Source: a virus. Taken from it: a stretch of 41,308 bases of DNA. The DNA lies in IMG/VR virus record IMGVR_UViG_3300027994_000004, positions 1 to 41,308 of that record; one strand, 5' to 3'. This document shows, piece after piece, positions 31,070-41,200 of the stretch (its first letter is position 1; the number at the start of each line of letters is the position of its first letter). A program made the translations under genes and the position numbers. The notes under the pieces are model-generated. The model did no database searches and had not been told where the DNA came from. It saw only the letters and a list, made by a program, of their open reading frames with translations.

Positions 31070-31150
31070 ATGAAAAAAGTAAAGGAAAATGTTAACTCAA
31101 TCCCTTTCGGCTTAATTGCTGACAGGGATTTTTTACGTTTATACTTATGA
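31070..31150 (+). CDS. Possible 26-codon leader ORF ending in an ATGA overlap with the portal start
   Basis: Translates as MKKVKENVNSIPFGLIADRDFLRLYL. A hairpin with a T-run lies inside it. Confidence 0.25.
   Translation: MKKVKENVNSIPFGLIADRDFLRLYL
31099..31135 (+). promoter_or_regulatory. Terminator-like hairpin in the portal leader
   Basis: Stem aatccct/agggatt with an 18-nt loop, followed by tttt. Ends 12 nt before the portal ATG. Confidence 0.4.
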
Positions 31151-32373
31151 GTTTTTTCTTAAGATTTGGTTTCGGAGGCAACCAACGAGAGCCTATAAAT
31201 ATTGAGAAAGATAATTTCGGAAACATCTTTTACACGATGTTTAGCTCAAGTACAGCGGTCGGAAAAGTAATTCCTGATACTGACAAACTAAAGATTATCA
31301 CCAATAATCCAGCATTGTTGAAAGTAATATCATTGGATTGTGATATTTTCTCATTAGGAAAGATTAATAAATATGCTGATGGAAAAGTAAAGGAATATGA
31401 TTTTCTGTATTCGCTTTCTAAAAAACCAAATATGGTTCAAAGTTGGACACAGTTTAATTGGGATTATAAGTTTTGGCTGGATATTTTCGGAGTATCTTAT
31501 TTATACAACCCAAACGATTCAAATAATATAAGCGATAATAACTCTTTGCAATGGTTAAATCCATGTAATATAGTTTGGGAAGCGACAACGTTAAATAAGT
31601 TAAAAGCGTTTTTCTTTTCTAATTCAAGTTATAAGGAAGTTCTTAAAAATACTGTTACATATCGTTTCGATAACGGAGAAAGCAAACAGATTCAATTATC
31701 TGAAATTGTACCTTTCTATGACTTAACCAACGCTGGAAATCAAAACCCAATAAGCGGTTATAGCCGAATTGATGCACTTTATAAAGTGATTCAGAACAGT
31801 GAATTGGCTTTAGATGCAAAAGCAATAAACCTGGAGTTTGCTCAAAAGTATATGGTTGCAGGGAAAGCAGATCCTGACAATGTCACCCAATTGCCAATGT
31901 CGAATGCAGAACAAACTGACATTGAAACAAAGGTAAGGTCTAACAAAAAGGTTCACGCTGTAAAGTCAATGATTGATATAAAGCGATTTGTTGAGGACAT
32001 AGGTAAACTTAAACTTGATGAAAGCTTTTACAATGATTACTTTATGTTTGGTACGATGTTTAATATCCCTCGTGATATTTTAGAAGCTAATTTAAGAGGG
32101 TCAACATACGAAAACCAAGAAAAGGCAATGGCTCGTTTAGTAGAATACTGTATGAGTCCTAAAGGTCAGATGTTAACAGATTGGTTTGAAAGCCAATTCA
32201 ATTTGCAGGATATTAGAATGAGCTGGGGTCACTTGATGTTTAATCAGGTATTCGAAAAGGAAAGAGCCGAAAGGGTAGGTTTGCAATTGGATAACATCCA
32301 AAAAGCAAAAGACCTCGGAGGAATAAATGAAACGGAAGCTGTTAATATGGTTAAATCAATTCTAAACACATAG
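31147..32373 (+). CDS. Portal protein
   Basis: 408 aa, upstream of the protease and capsid genes. Size and order fit an HK97-type portal. Confidence 0.75.
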   Translation: MSFFLRFGFGGNQREPINIEKDNFGNIFYTMFSSSTAVGKVIPDTDKLKIITNNPALLKVISLDCDIFSLGKINKYADGKVKEYDFLYSLSKKPNMVQSWTQFNWDYKFWLDIFGVSYLYNPNDSNNISDNNSLQWLNPCNIVWEATTLNKLKAFFFSNSSYKEVLKNTVTYRFDNGESKQIQLSEIVPFYDLTNAGNQNPISGYSRIDALYKVIQNSELALDAKAINLEFAQKYMVAGKADPDNVTQLPMSNAEQTDIETKVRSNKKVHAVKSMIDIKRFVEDIGKLKLDESFYNDYFMFGTMFNIPRDILEANLRGSTYENQEKAMARLVEYCMSPKGQMLTDWFESQFNLQDIRMSWGHLMFNQVFEKERAERVGLQLDNIQKAKDLGGINETEAVNMVKSILNT

Positions 32374-32375
32374 AT

Positions 32376-32492
32376 ATGGATATTAAAGACCTAAATAAAA
32401 AAATAGAAGATAAGTCAACTTCTCCAGAACTTAAAAGAGAATTGGAGAAGAAAAAAGAAATCTTGATTAACGATAAAAAAGTTAATAAATGA
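32376..32492 (+). CDS. Small charged hypothetical protein (38 aa)
   Basis: Translates as MDIKDLNKKIEDKSTSPELKRELEKKKEILINDKKVNK. ATGA overlap with the protease start. Confidence 0.35.
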   Translation: MDIKDLNKKIEDKSTSPELKRELEKKKEILINDKKVNK

Positions 32493-33289
32493 AAATACCA
32501 CAATTTGCAGACAAATCGGAGCTTTTTGATTTCTTAATTAAGAATGAAAGGGAACTTATTGCTGAAAAGAAATATAGCGTTAAAGAGGCAGATGCGTTCA
32601 GTTACACAAAAGAGTTTTCTGTTGAAGATGAAAACGCATACAAGGCTATCAACAACAAGCCTGTAAACGAAGATGTAAGCCTTTTGAAAACAAAGTTGGT
32701 TATCAATACAACCAATTGGTTAGACAGTCATGGTGATGTGCATATACCCGGGTTATGGGGCAAAACTTTAACTGAAACAAAAACTGTTTATTTGCTTCAA
32801 GAGCACCAAATGAAGTTTGACAAGATTATCACTAGTGAGGTTGATGCATTTGTTCAAAACTTCACTTGGAAGCAATTAGGGTTATCAATGAACGGTAAAA
32901 CGGAAGCTTTGGTATTTGATGCAAACATAGGTAAGAATCGTAATGAATTTATGTTTAAGCAGTACCGTGATGGATATGTTTTAAATCATTCTGTTGGTAT
33001 GAGATACGTTAAGATGTATCTATGTATAAATGATAGCGGTTCGGGTCAATATTACGAGAACTGGCAGAAATATTACAAGGAAATAGCTAACAATGAAAAA
33101 GCTGATGAAATGGGTTATTTCTGGGCGGTTACAGAAGCAAAATTAGTAGAAGGTAGTGCGGTGGTTATGGGTAGTAATACTATAACACCAACACTAGAAA
33201 ATAATATGAAAGCCGATGATTCACTTTCAGAAACAAAAGAAGAGCCGGCGGTTGAAGTCACTCAAGAGAAAAAAAGACGAATTATTTAA
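32489..33289 (+). CDS. Prohead serine protease (HK97 family)
   Basis: NWLDSHGDVHIPGLWGKTL and YLLQEHQ resemble D.hgD.i..gaF and L..H protease motifs. Lies between portal and capsid. Confidence 0.7.
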   Translation: MKIPQFADKSELFDFLIKNERELIAEKKYSVKEADAFSYTKEFSVEDENAYKAINNKPVNEDVSLLKTKLVINTTNWLDSHGDVHIPGLWGKTLTETKTVYLLQEHQMKFDKIITSEVDAFVQNFTWKQLGLSMNGKTEALVFDANIGKNRNEFMFKQYRDGYVLNHSVGMRYVKMYLCINDSGSGQYYENWQKYYKEIANNEKADEMGYFWAVTEAKLVEGSAVVMGSNTITPTLENNMKADDSLSETKEEPAVEVTQEKKRRII

Positions 33290-33306
33290 TTTTAAATCTA
33301 AAAGAA

Positions 33307-34554
33307 ATGGATTTTAAGTACAAAAGTCAGGCTGAAATCGAAAAGATGACAACCGAAGAAGCGGAAGCTTATGCCGTTGCAAAAAGAGCCTTTGAGGATA
33401 ATGCAACCAAAGAAGAAATTAACAAGGCAGTAAGTGCTTTAAAAACAGAGCAGGAAGAGGCTCAAAAGAAAATTACAGATCAATTGAAAGAACTTCAGGA
33501 CAACTACAACAAACTACTTGAGAAAGCAGATGGTAAATCCGAGGCTGAAAAAGGTACTTTTGTTGCTTTCGTTGAGAAAAACATCGAGAACTTTAAAGAA
33601 ACCGATAAGCAATATGGAGCTTCAACAGTTATTAAAGTTGCGGCACTTATGACAACAGCAAACGTTAGCCCTAATGTTGCAGGTGGATTCTCTCCTTTGT
33701 TCGGTAATTACATCGATACAGAAATTGGACACGTTCCAAAACCTGAAAATATCATCTTACCGTTGGTAACTGTTAAGACACAGCCTGGCACAGAGGTTAT
33801 TTGGACTTCAGACCGAGTTAACGAGGATGGCGATGCCGCATTTATTGCAGAGGGTGCATTGAAGCCTTTGGCTGATGCGGATTGGACTAGTGAGCGTCAC
33901 GAAATCAAAGAGGTGGCAGTACGTTGGAAGTTTACAAAACGTTTAATGATGCACGCTCCGGCAGTTGTTCAGGATTTCCAAGAACACGCAATGGAATTGG
34001 TAGAGCAAAAAATTGATGATCAACTTTTAGAGGGTGATGGATTGACGGTTAACCTTGCTGGTTTAGAAACATTGGCAAGTGCTTTTATTGTACCAACTGG
34101 ATTGGCTGGCTACTACCAAGCTCCAAACATCTATGACGTTATCATGGCTATGGCTACACGTATAAAATTGAGTAATTTCAAAGGACGTGTTACGGCTATT
34201 TTAAACACGGTTTGGGAAGCAAAAATGGCAGGTATTAAAGATAATGAAAACAGATACATTATCGCTCCATTTGTTTCTCCTGATGGCACACGAGTAGGAA
34301 CGGTTGACGTTAAATTTTCAAACAAAATCGGAGAGGATACAATTCTAATCGGTGATTTGAAAAAATTTAATGTTGTGTTTGCAGAAAACATCATGTATGA
34401 TGAAGGTTATGAAAACGATGATTTTTCTAAAAACTTGGTTTCTCGTAAACTTGAAGCGTTCTTGGGAACTTATATTAAAGCTTCAGATGCAGGATCAATC
34501 CTTTTAGGGGACATTTCAGATGTTCAGGATGATTTAGTAGTTGTAACACCTTAA
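33307..34554 (+). CDS. Major capsid protein (HK97 fold) with an N-terminal coiled-coil delta domain
   Basis: 415 aa. The first ~100 aa form a charged coiled coil. The remainder resembles Phage_capsid family proteins. Follows the protease. Confidence 0.85.
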   Translation: MDFKYKSQAEIEKMTTEEAEAYAVAKRAFEDNATKEEINKAVSALKTEQEEAQKKITDQLKELQDNYNKLLEKADGKSEAEKGTFVAFVEKNIENFKETDKQYGASTVIKVAALMTTANVSPNVAGGFSPLFGNYIDTEIGHVPKPENIILPLVTVKTQPGTEVIWTSDRVNEDGDAAFIAEGALKPLADADWTSERHEIKEVAVRWKFTKRLMMHAPAVVQDFQEHAMELVEQKIDDQLLEGDGLTVNLAGLETLASAFIVPTGLAGYYQAPNIYDVIMAMATRIKLSNFKGRVTAILNTVWEAKMAGIKDNENRYIIAPFVSPDGTRVGTVDVKFSNKIGEDTILIGDLKKFNVVFAENIMYDEGYENDDFSKNLVSRKLEAFLGTYIKASDAGSILLGDISDVQDDLVVVTP

Positions 34555-34566
34555 TTATAAATAAAG

Positions 34567-34806
34567 ATGGCAAAAGAGAACACAATTAAAACAGATGAAG
34601 ATCAAAATCCTGATGGAACTAATTTTGATGCTAAAGCAATGTTGGTTGAAAACGGTAAAAACAAAACTGTTATCAAATACAGGGACAGGGTAGAAGTAGA
34701 ACTTATCAAAGATACTTTGTATCAGAAAAAAGGTAAAGTTTACAGTCCTCACAGAGTAAAGGCAGAGGCTTTGGTAGCTCAATTAATTGCTAAATACACT
34801 AAATAA
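34567..34806 (+). CDS. Hypothetical head-associated protein
   Basis: 79-aa ORF after the capsid gene. Confidence 0.45.
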   Translation: MAKENTIKTDEDQNPDGTNFDAKAMLVENGKNKTVIKYRDRVEVELIKDTLYQKKGKVYSPHRVKAEALVAQLIAKYTK

Positions 34807-34812
34807 AACAAA

Positions 34813-35457
34813 ATGTACATAATAAACGACACATATTTTCAAGGAGAAATTGAGATTCCAAACATAGCTGAAGCGGACAGCAAAGCCTTAACGGAATTGC
34901 AAAGGCTTATTGATGAGAAGTGTCGTTTGTTTATGTATGATGTTTTAGGTGATGTTCTTGTTTCTGAATTGGATGATTTGTTAGAAGATGGTATTCTACC
35001 TATAACACCAGAAAGCAAGTGGACTAAGCTTATTTATGGAGATAGCTACGAATTGGACGGAAAACAAGTAAAATGGGAAGGTATTTGCGTTGAACTGGGT
35101 ACTTCAAAAAGTACATTGTTAGCCGATTACGTTTACACTTTTTATCTAACCGAAAGCAACACTTTTTTAAGTGGTGTGGGCGAAATGAAAGGCGAGGCAC
35201 GTGGCGCAATGATGGTCAATTCAACACAGCGTTATGTAACCATATGGAATCGGTTCGTAAAGAAATATCAATCTGATTTGTGCGGTAATATATTCGACTT
35301 CCGAAACTACTTTTTTAATTATCAGTTTTTCTATCCTAGATACGAAAGACCGATCAACAAGAGCGTTTCTTTGGTTCAGTACTTGACCGATCACCCAGAG
35401 GATTTCCCAAACCTATCCTTGCCTTATTTTGAAATTAAAAATCAATTGGGGTTATGA
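34813..35457 (+). CDS. Putative head-tail connector/adaptor
   Basis: Position between the capsid and tail genes. No firm motif. Confidence 0.4.
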   Translation: MYIINDTYFQGEIEIPNIAEADSKALTELQRLIDEKCRLFMYDVLGDVLVSELDDLLEDGILPITPESKWTKLIYGDSYELDGKQVKWEGICVELGTSKSTLLADYVYTFYLTESNTFLSGVGEMKGEARGAMMVNSTQRYVTIWNRFVKKYQSDLCGNIFDFRNYFFNYQFFYPRYERPINKSVSLVQYLTDHPEDFPNLSLPYFEIKNQLGL

Positions 35458-35981
35458 TAGTTGTTGAGGAATTATGCGGAGAGATATTCCAGCAATTGCC
35501 AAAGTACACGGATAGCAATAATAAGGAGTTTGCAATAAAATATGAATGGGGTTCAGAAAAGGACCTTATCTTATTCTTAAAGCAGATTTCGGGCAATAAA
35601 TATCCTTTGGTTTGGTTGGTTCAGGGTAGGCAGACGGACAACATCTTTAATAATTCATCAGAAAGGCGTTTGAGGTTGATATTAGCAAAGAATTCAGAAC
35701 AGAAAACAAACCGTAACCCGACTGTTTTTAAATCTGATTTCAAGGACTGTTTAAACCCATTGTTGCAGAATGTTCTTACATGCTTTGAGAAAAGCGGTGT
35801 TACATCGATAATCAATAATGGAGAAATGGAAGTAGACCGAAGGGCAAACTATACCGAGGAAACGAAAGAAGATAAAACTTTTGCTATTGATTACTGGAAT
35901 GCCATAGTTTTGGATATTACGGTAAGATTTGAAGAAAAGGCAAACGGACAACCAAAGTGCATCAGACAAATAAAGTTTTAA
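35454..35981 (+). CDS. Putative neck / tail-completion protein
   Basis: Position only. ATGA overlap. Confidence 0.4.
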   Translation: MIVVEELCGEIFQQLPKYTDSNNKEFAIKYEWGSEKDLILFLKQISGNKYPLVWLVQGRQTDNIFNNSSERRLRLILAKNSEQKTNRNPTVFKSDFKDCLNPLLQNVLTCFEKSGVTSIINNGEMEVDRRANYTEETKEDKTFAIDYWNAIVLDITVRFEEKANGQPKCIRQIKF

Positions 35982-35982
35982 G

Positions 35983-36144
35983 ATGGCAAAGAGAAAAGTA
36001 ATTAAAAAAGAATCAAATCTAAAAGCCTATACGGTTTTGGATAAGTTCACAAAAGAAAGGGTTTATTATCCAGGAGAAATCGTTACGCTTAATCCTGATA
36101 GCAACCAAACAAAATATTTATTAATTAATAAAATCATAAAATAA
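35983..36144 (+). CDS. Small hypothetical protein (53 aa)
   Basis: Translates as MAKRKVIKKESNLKAYTVLDKFTKERVYYPGEIVTLNPDSNQTKYLLINKIIK. TAATG overlap with the next gene. Confidence 0.4.
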   Translation: MAKRKVIKKESNLKAYTVLDKFTKERVYYPGEIVTLNPDSNQTKYLLINKIIK

Positions 36145-37076
36145 TGGCTTTATCAGATTTATTAGCACAGCTAAACGTAGTTTCGTGCGATGCTCAAGGA
36201 GTATTAGGAACTGGACTAGCTCCATGCCCTTTTGACTGGGATAGAATCGAGACAGCGGAATTTTCAAGTAAAAATTTCCGTTATGAAGATGCTCAAGATT
36301 TGGAGTATGTCCAAGAGCAACAACAATTAGGCAATTTGATTATCGTAAGAGGTTACGAATCATTCACCCAAAACACACCCGATCCAAACATTAACACTGT
36401 TGAGGGTTCAGGTTTCAAACAGGTAATGGGCGAAATGCCGACGGAATTTTCAGCAATCCTAAACAATGGGGTTTTGAACTGGAAAGCCTTGAGAAGCCTT
36501 AACGGTAAAGATAAATGGAACGTTGCTTTGTACGATGTTAACGGTAACAAAATATTCACCCAGACTAAATCAGGTGCAATAAAAGGTTTTAGCCTTAAAA
36601 TGCTATTTACTGGAACTTACAAGGGTAAAGAAGGAAACAACCCAAGCAACTACACTCAAATGTTGCAATTTGCAGATTATACCGAAATGGATAGAATGCA
36701 ATGGATTGTTTCAGATAACCTTGATTTCGACCCTACCGATTTGGATGGAGTGAATGATGTTGAGATTACTATTGACCCTGTGGGAGCAGGTGATTTGGTA
36801 CTTACTTTCGCGCCTTATCTTTTAGACAAAACCCATTTGTTGATGGGATTGACGTTGCCTAATGTATTTGTAACTAAAAACGGTTTGCAAATCATACCGA
36901 CTGCAATCGCCTATAACCTTAACATAAATAAGGTTTCAGTGACCATATCGGCGGCGGTTGAAGATGATGTGTTTACTGTCGACTTGAGAGATTCCGCATT
37001 GTCGGGATCAGTGGCAATCAATATCGCTGGAGCTTTGTATAAATCAGATACGGCTACGGTTATTGCAACTGCATAA
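36144..37076 (+). CDS. Putative major tail protein
   Basis: 310 aa, followed by a strong terminator and lying two genes upstream of the tape measure. Confidence 0.6.
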   Translation: MALSDLLAQLNVVSCDAQGVLGTGLAPCPFDWDRIETAEFSSKNFRYEDAQDLEYVQEQQQLGNLIIVRGYESFTQNTPDPNINTVEGSGFKQVMGEMPTEFSAILNNGVLNWKALRSLNGKDKWNVALYDVNGNKIFTQTKSGAIKGFSLKMLFTGTYKGKEGNNPSNYTQMLQFADYTEMDRMQWIVSDNLDFDPTDLDGVNDVEITIDPVGAGDLVLTFAPYLLDKTHLLMGLTLPNVFVTKNGLQIIPTAIAYNLNINKVSVTISAAVEDDVFTVDLRDSALSGSVAINIAGALYKSDTATVIATA

Positions 37077-37100
37077 GAATATTATTCTTTAAAAACCTTA

Positions 37101-37132
37101 AAGGAATGGGAGCAATTCCATTCCTTTTTTTA
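37101..37132 (+). terminator. Intrinsic terminator after the major tail gene
   Basis: Stem aaggaatgg/ccattcctt with an 8-nt loop and a T7 run. Confidence 0.8.
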
Positions 37133-37145
37133 TTAACTTTGGTTT

Positions 37146-37583
37146 ATGGTAAGCATTGATACATACTTGGATAAACTGGACTTTATAATAGCCAATCTTG
37201 AAAAAGAAACCGATGCTATTATTCTGAAGAATAAGGAAAAGATTCTTGATTTGAATAGGGAAAATCAATTGTTTGACAAGGGTATTGACAGCTTTGGAAA
37301 AATGATTACGCCTGCTTATTCGCCTTTTACGGTTTCGTCAAAGAGAATATTTAATTTGCCTTACAACAGGGTTACTTTGTTTCAAACAGGAGCTTTTTAC
37401 AATGCGTTCGACATAATGAACAGAAAAGGTCAGATAACCATATTTTCAAGGGATTCAAAAACAACAGACTTACAAGACAAGTACGGAAGTGAAATATTTG
37501 GTTTGACCAATGAAAACGAAAAAATATTGAATTATCAGATTATAAAACCTGAATTATTGAACTTTATAAACAAACACATATAA
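37146..37583 (+). CDS. Tail-assembly-region protein (chaperone position)
   Basis: 145-aa ORF, two genes before the tape measure. Confidence 0.4.
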   Translation: MVSIDTYLDKLDFIIANLEKETDAIILKNKEKILDLNRENQLFDKGIDSFGKMITPAYSPFTVSSKRIFNLPYNRVTLFQTGAFYNAFDIMNRKGQITIFSRDSKTTDLQDKYGSEIFGLTNENEKILNYQIIKPELLNFINKHI

Positions 37584-38234
37584 ATGGGAGTTCCAATTAA
37601 AAAAAATACAGAATCTGGATTTAAACATTATGAAAGCATCGAAGACTTGATACTTTATAATTTTGACCGTTATATGGCTACAAAGGACAATAATTGGTTT
37701 ATAATAGGATATACAGGTCGTGAAAAGAAAATAGAATCGGATATTTTGAATAAAATTGAAGAAACTATGTTGGATGAATACTTTACAGCTATCGATGATA
37801 AAGGATTTAGGAACAGGTTACAGACTTGGGCGAAGATTGACAACCTTATAACAAAATACACGATTGTAAGTGAATTGGTAAGGGTTGTTTCAATAGGCTT
37901 TGATTTGTCAAAAGAAGGTCAGGAAATGCGTTACAGTTATATTCAAATGCTTAAAAATTGGGGATTTAAAATGCCTGTATTGAATAGTTTTATAGGTGAT
38001 ATACAGGAATGTGAAACAATAATAACGCAACTACAAGGCATTAAAAACCAGATAGCATTATTGCAAGCTGGATTGAAAGATGATGCAAAGCAGGATAAAA
38101 TATCGCTTCAAAGGCAATTACAAATAGCTACTATCGCATTGAGTTACCCGTATAGATTGAACCCAAAAGAAATAACAGTTTCAGAATGGGTTGAGATTGG
38201 AAGATTAATGCAGGAAAAAGCAAAACAAAATTAA
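37584..38234 (+). CDS. Tail-assembly-region protein (chaperone position)
   Basis: 216-aa ORF with its own ATG directly after the previous stop. Confidence 0.4.
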   Translation: MGVPIKKNTESGFKHYESIEDLILYNFDRYMATKDNNWFIIGYTGREKKIESDILNKIEETMLDEYFTAIDDKGFRNRLQTWAKIDNLITKYTIVSELVRVVSIGFDLSKEGQEMRYSYIQMLKNWGFKMPVLNSFIGDIQECETIITQLQGIKNQIALLQAGLKDDAKQDKISLQRQLQIATIALSYPYRLNPKEITVSEWVEIGRLMQEKAKQN

Positions 38235-38237
38235 AAT

Positions 38238-41200
38238 ATGGCAAATCCAGTAGATATAACGGTAACACAAGAAGCATTAGGGCAAATGAAAGCCTTAAGG
38301 GCTGAAACAGTAAAGGCTCAAGAGGCTGTTTTAAAATTGTCAGAAGATGCCTTGAAAGCCAGTAAAAATATAAGCACTATTTCAACACCTTCAGGATTAA
38401 GTGCTAATTCGGCAAACAACGCAAATACGGTAGCTTCAATAAGACAGCAGGCAGATGCTGTAAAAACATTAACTGTTGCCAAAGAAAAACTAAACCAAAG
38501 AACAGCTGAAGAGGTTGTAAATCAAGGCATCTTAAACAGGAATGCGAAACAACACGTAATAGCAAATTCACAATTAGCAGGTGCATACGCTAATCTTTCC
38601 GCACAGCAAGCAAAAGCATCAAGATCGCTTCAAGACCTAATTGTAAGGGGCAGGCTATCAACCCAAACACAAAAACAACATAATGCAGAGTTAAAAGTTG
38701 CCCAAAGAGATTTTGACAAGTTAAATCAAAAGGTTTTGCTTGCAGATAAGGCGGTAGGTCGTTTTAATAGAAATGTTGGAAATTATCCAAAAGTAGCAAG
38801 GGGGTTTTCTGAATTGCTTGGAGCATTTGGGATAGTTGGTGGTATTGGAATAATAGCTTCGATAACCAAAGATATTTTCAACCAGACCCGACAAATACAA
38901 TCTTTGGACTTAGCTTTAAAACAAGTTATTGGCACACAGGAAGATTTTACAAGAGCGCAGGCATTTCTTGCAAGGGTATCAGAACAATATGGGGTAGGAA
39001 TAAACGAACTAACAAAATCTTTCACGCAATTCTATGTTTCCGCAAAAGACAAGCTTTCGGGGTCAGAAATAGAAGGAATATTTGAAAGCATATCAAAAGC
39101 AGCGGGAGCAATGGGATTGTCCGTTGAACAACAGGAAGGGGCTTTCTTGGCGTTAACGCAAATGCTTTCAAAAGGAACAATACAAGCGGAAGAATTGAGG
39201 GGTCAATTGTCGGAAAGATTGCCTGGTGCTTTTGGAATATTGGCTAAATCAATGGGAGTTACAGAACAGGAGCTGAACAAACTTTTAAAAGATGGAAAGG
39301 TTTTGGCGGCAGAAGTTCTTCCTGCATTCGCAAAAGAATTAGAAAAAGCATACGGCATTGAGAATTTAAAAAGGGTTGAAAGCTTAAACGCATCCACAAC
39401 AAGACTTTCCAATACTTGGACAGGATTTATAAGAACGTTAAGCGAGGGGGAAAATCCACTTTCATCTTTTCTACAAATTGGTATAGATAATTTGACAACC
39501 ATTTTAAAGCTTTCTGGACTATTTGTTGAATCAAATCAAAAAGTAAGGAAAACATATCTTGAAACCCAAAAGCAGATTGGGGAAAACAACGCTAAAAATA
39601 TGCTGGAAAACTTTAAAACGGCAGATGAAAAGCAAGCTTATGCCGATGAAGCTTTAATAAAAACACGTGCAGAAATAGTAAAAAACAGGGCTGAATTTGA
39701 AAGATTAACAATTGAAACAAGGAATTTAGGCAGGTTAGCCGATCCTATAACGGCTACTCAAGAGCAAGAAGAAAACAACAAATTAATATTATCAAATCAA
39801 AAGAAAATAAAGCAACTAAATGAATTGATTTATAGACAAGAGGGATATGTTGTTGGTTTGAAAAAGCTAAATGAAGAGCAGAAAAAAGGATTTATATCAG
39901 AAGAAGAAACAGAAAAAGAACGCAAGGAAAGAGAAAAAAGGGAAGAGGAAAGGCAAAAACAAATCTTTACAAACGCAAAAAAAGAATTAGAACTTCAGCT
40001 ACAGACAATTGATAGAACACTAGAAAATGATGATGTATTTTATCAAGAACGTTTATGGGCATTAGAACTACATAGGTTAAAAAGAATAGAAATATTAAAT
40101 CTTCAATACAAAGAAGATTTACGTTTGGCTAAAGGAAACCAACTTAAACAAAAAGAAGCCTTAATTGATTTCCATTCGGCAACTTTAAGGGAGTTTGACG
40201 ATTATAATAAAAAGAGACAGCAACTGGAGGATTTAGCATTAAATCCAAAAAGAATTGTAAAAACAGAAGACCTAACAAAAAACTATAAAGAACTATTGGC
40301 TTCTGGATTAGATTTACAACAAAGTGCAGAAAAAGGAATAGCTTTAGCGGAGAGGGAAAATCAGGCTTACCTAGACCAAATAGAAAGAATCAAAGCCTTA
40401 AAAAAGGCAACAGAGGAATACATAGCTACATTTTCAAACAGCTTTTTAGCAGATGCAGGACTTGGAAGCCTGCAAGGTTTCTTTGATGGAACTTTTAACA
40501 GATTGATAGCGGGGGCAGATACTTTACAAGAGAAATTCCAAGTTACTTTTTTGGCTATTTCAGAAGTGGCACAGGAGGCGTTTAATTTTATCAATCAAGC
40601 ATCACAACAAAATTTCGATGCGGAGTACAGGAGATTAGAATTGCAGAAAGAAACCGCCATTGCTTTTGCAGGGGAAAGCACAACCGCCCAACAGAAAATA
40701 AATGACGAATATGAAAGAAGGAAAAGAGAAATCAGGAGGCGTGAGGCTGAATCAGAAAAAAGGCTTGCTGTTTTCAATATTCTAATAGATACCGCACAGG
40801 CTGTTGTTTCTGCTTTACCAAACATTCCTTTGTCTATTGTTGTAGGTGCTATTGGTTTGGCGCAGGCTGGAATAGTTAACAGCCAAGAAATACCACAATT
40901 CTTTGAAGGAGGAACGCATAAAGGCGGTATTATGATGGTAAATGATGCCAAAGGAAACAGCTACAAAGAAACGGTTGTAACGCCTGATGGAAAGGTTATA
41001 AAACCACAAGGCAGAAACGTTTTAATGAATGCTCCTTCAGGAACTGAAATTTTCACACCTGAACAGTGGAAGGCAAAAGAAATGGCTTTAGGAAATATGT
41101 TGGCAGAAAAAGGTATTTCATTTAATCCAAGTGTAATGCGTAATTTTGCATTCGGAGGGAATACAGGATTGAGTAAAAGTGATTTTGATAATGGAATAAC

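Noticed and set aside
37500-37600. Programmed -1 frameshift between the two genes upstream of the tape measure (G/GT-type chaperones)
   Set aside because: The second ORF has its own ATG directly after the first stop and does not overlap it. The only A-run (GAAAAAAT at 37518-37525) leads to a stop within three codons in the -1 frame.
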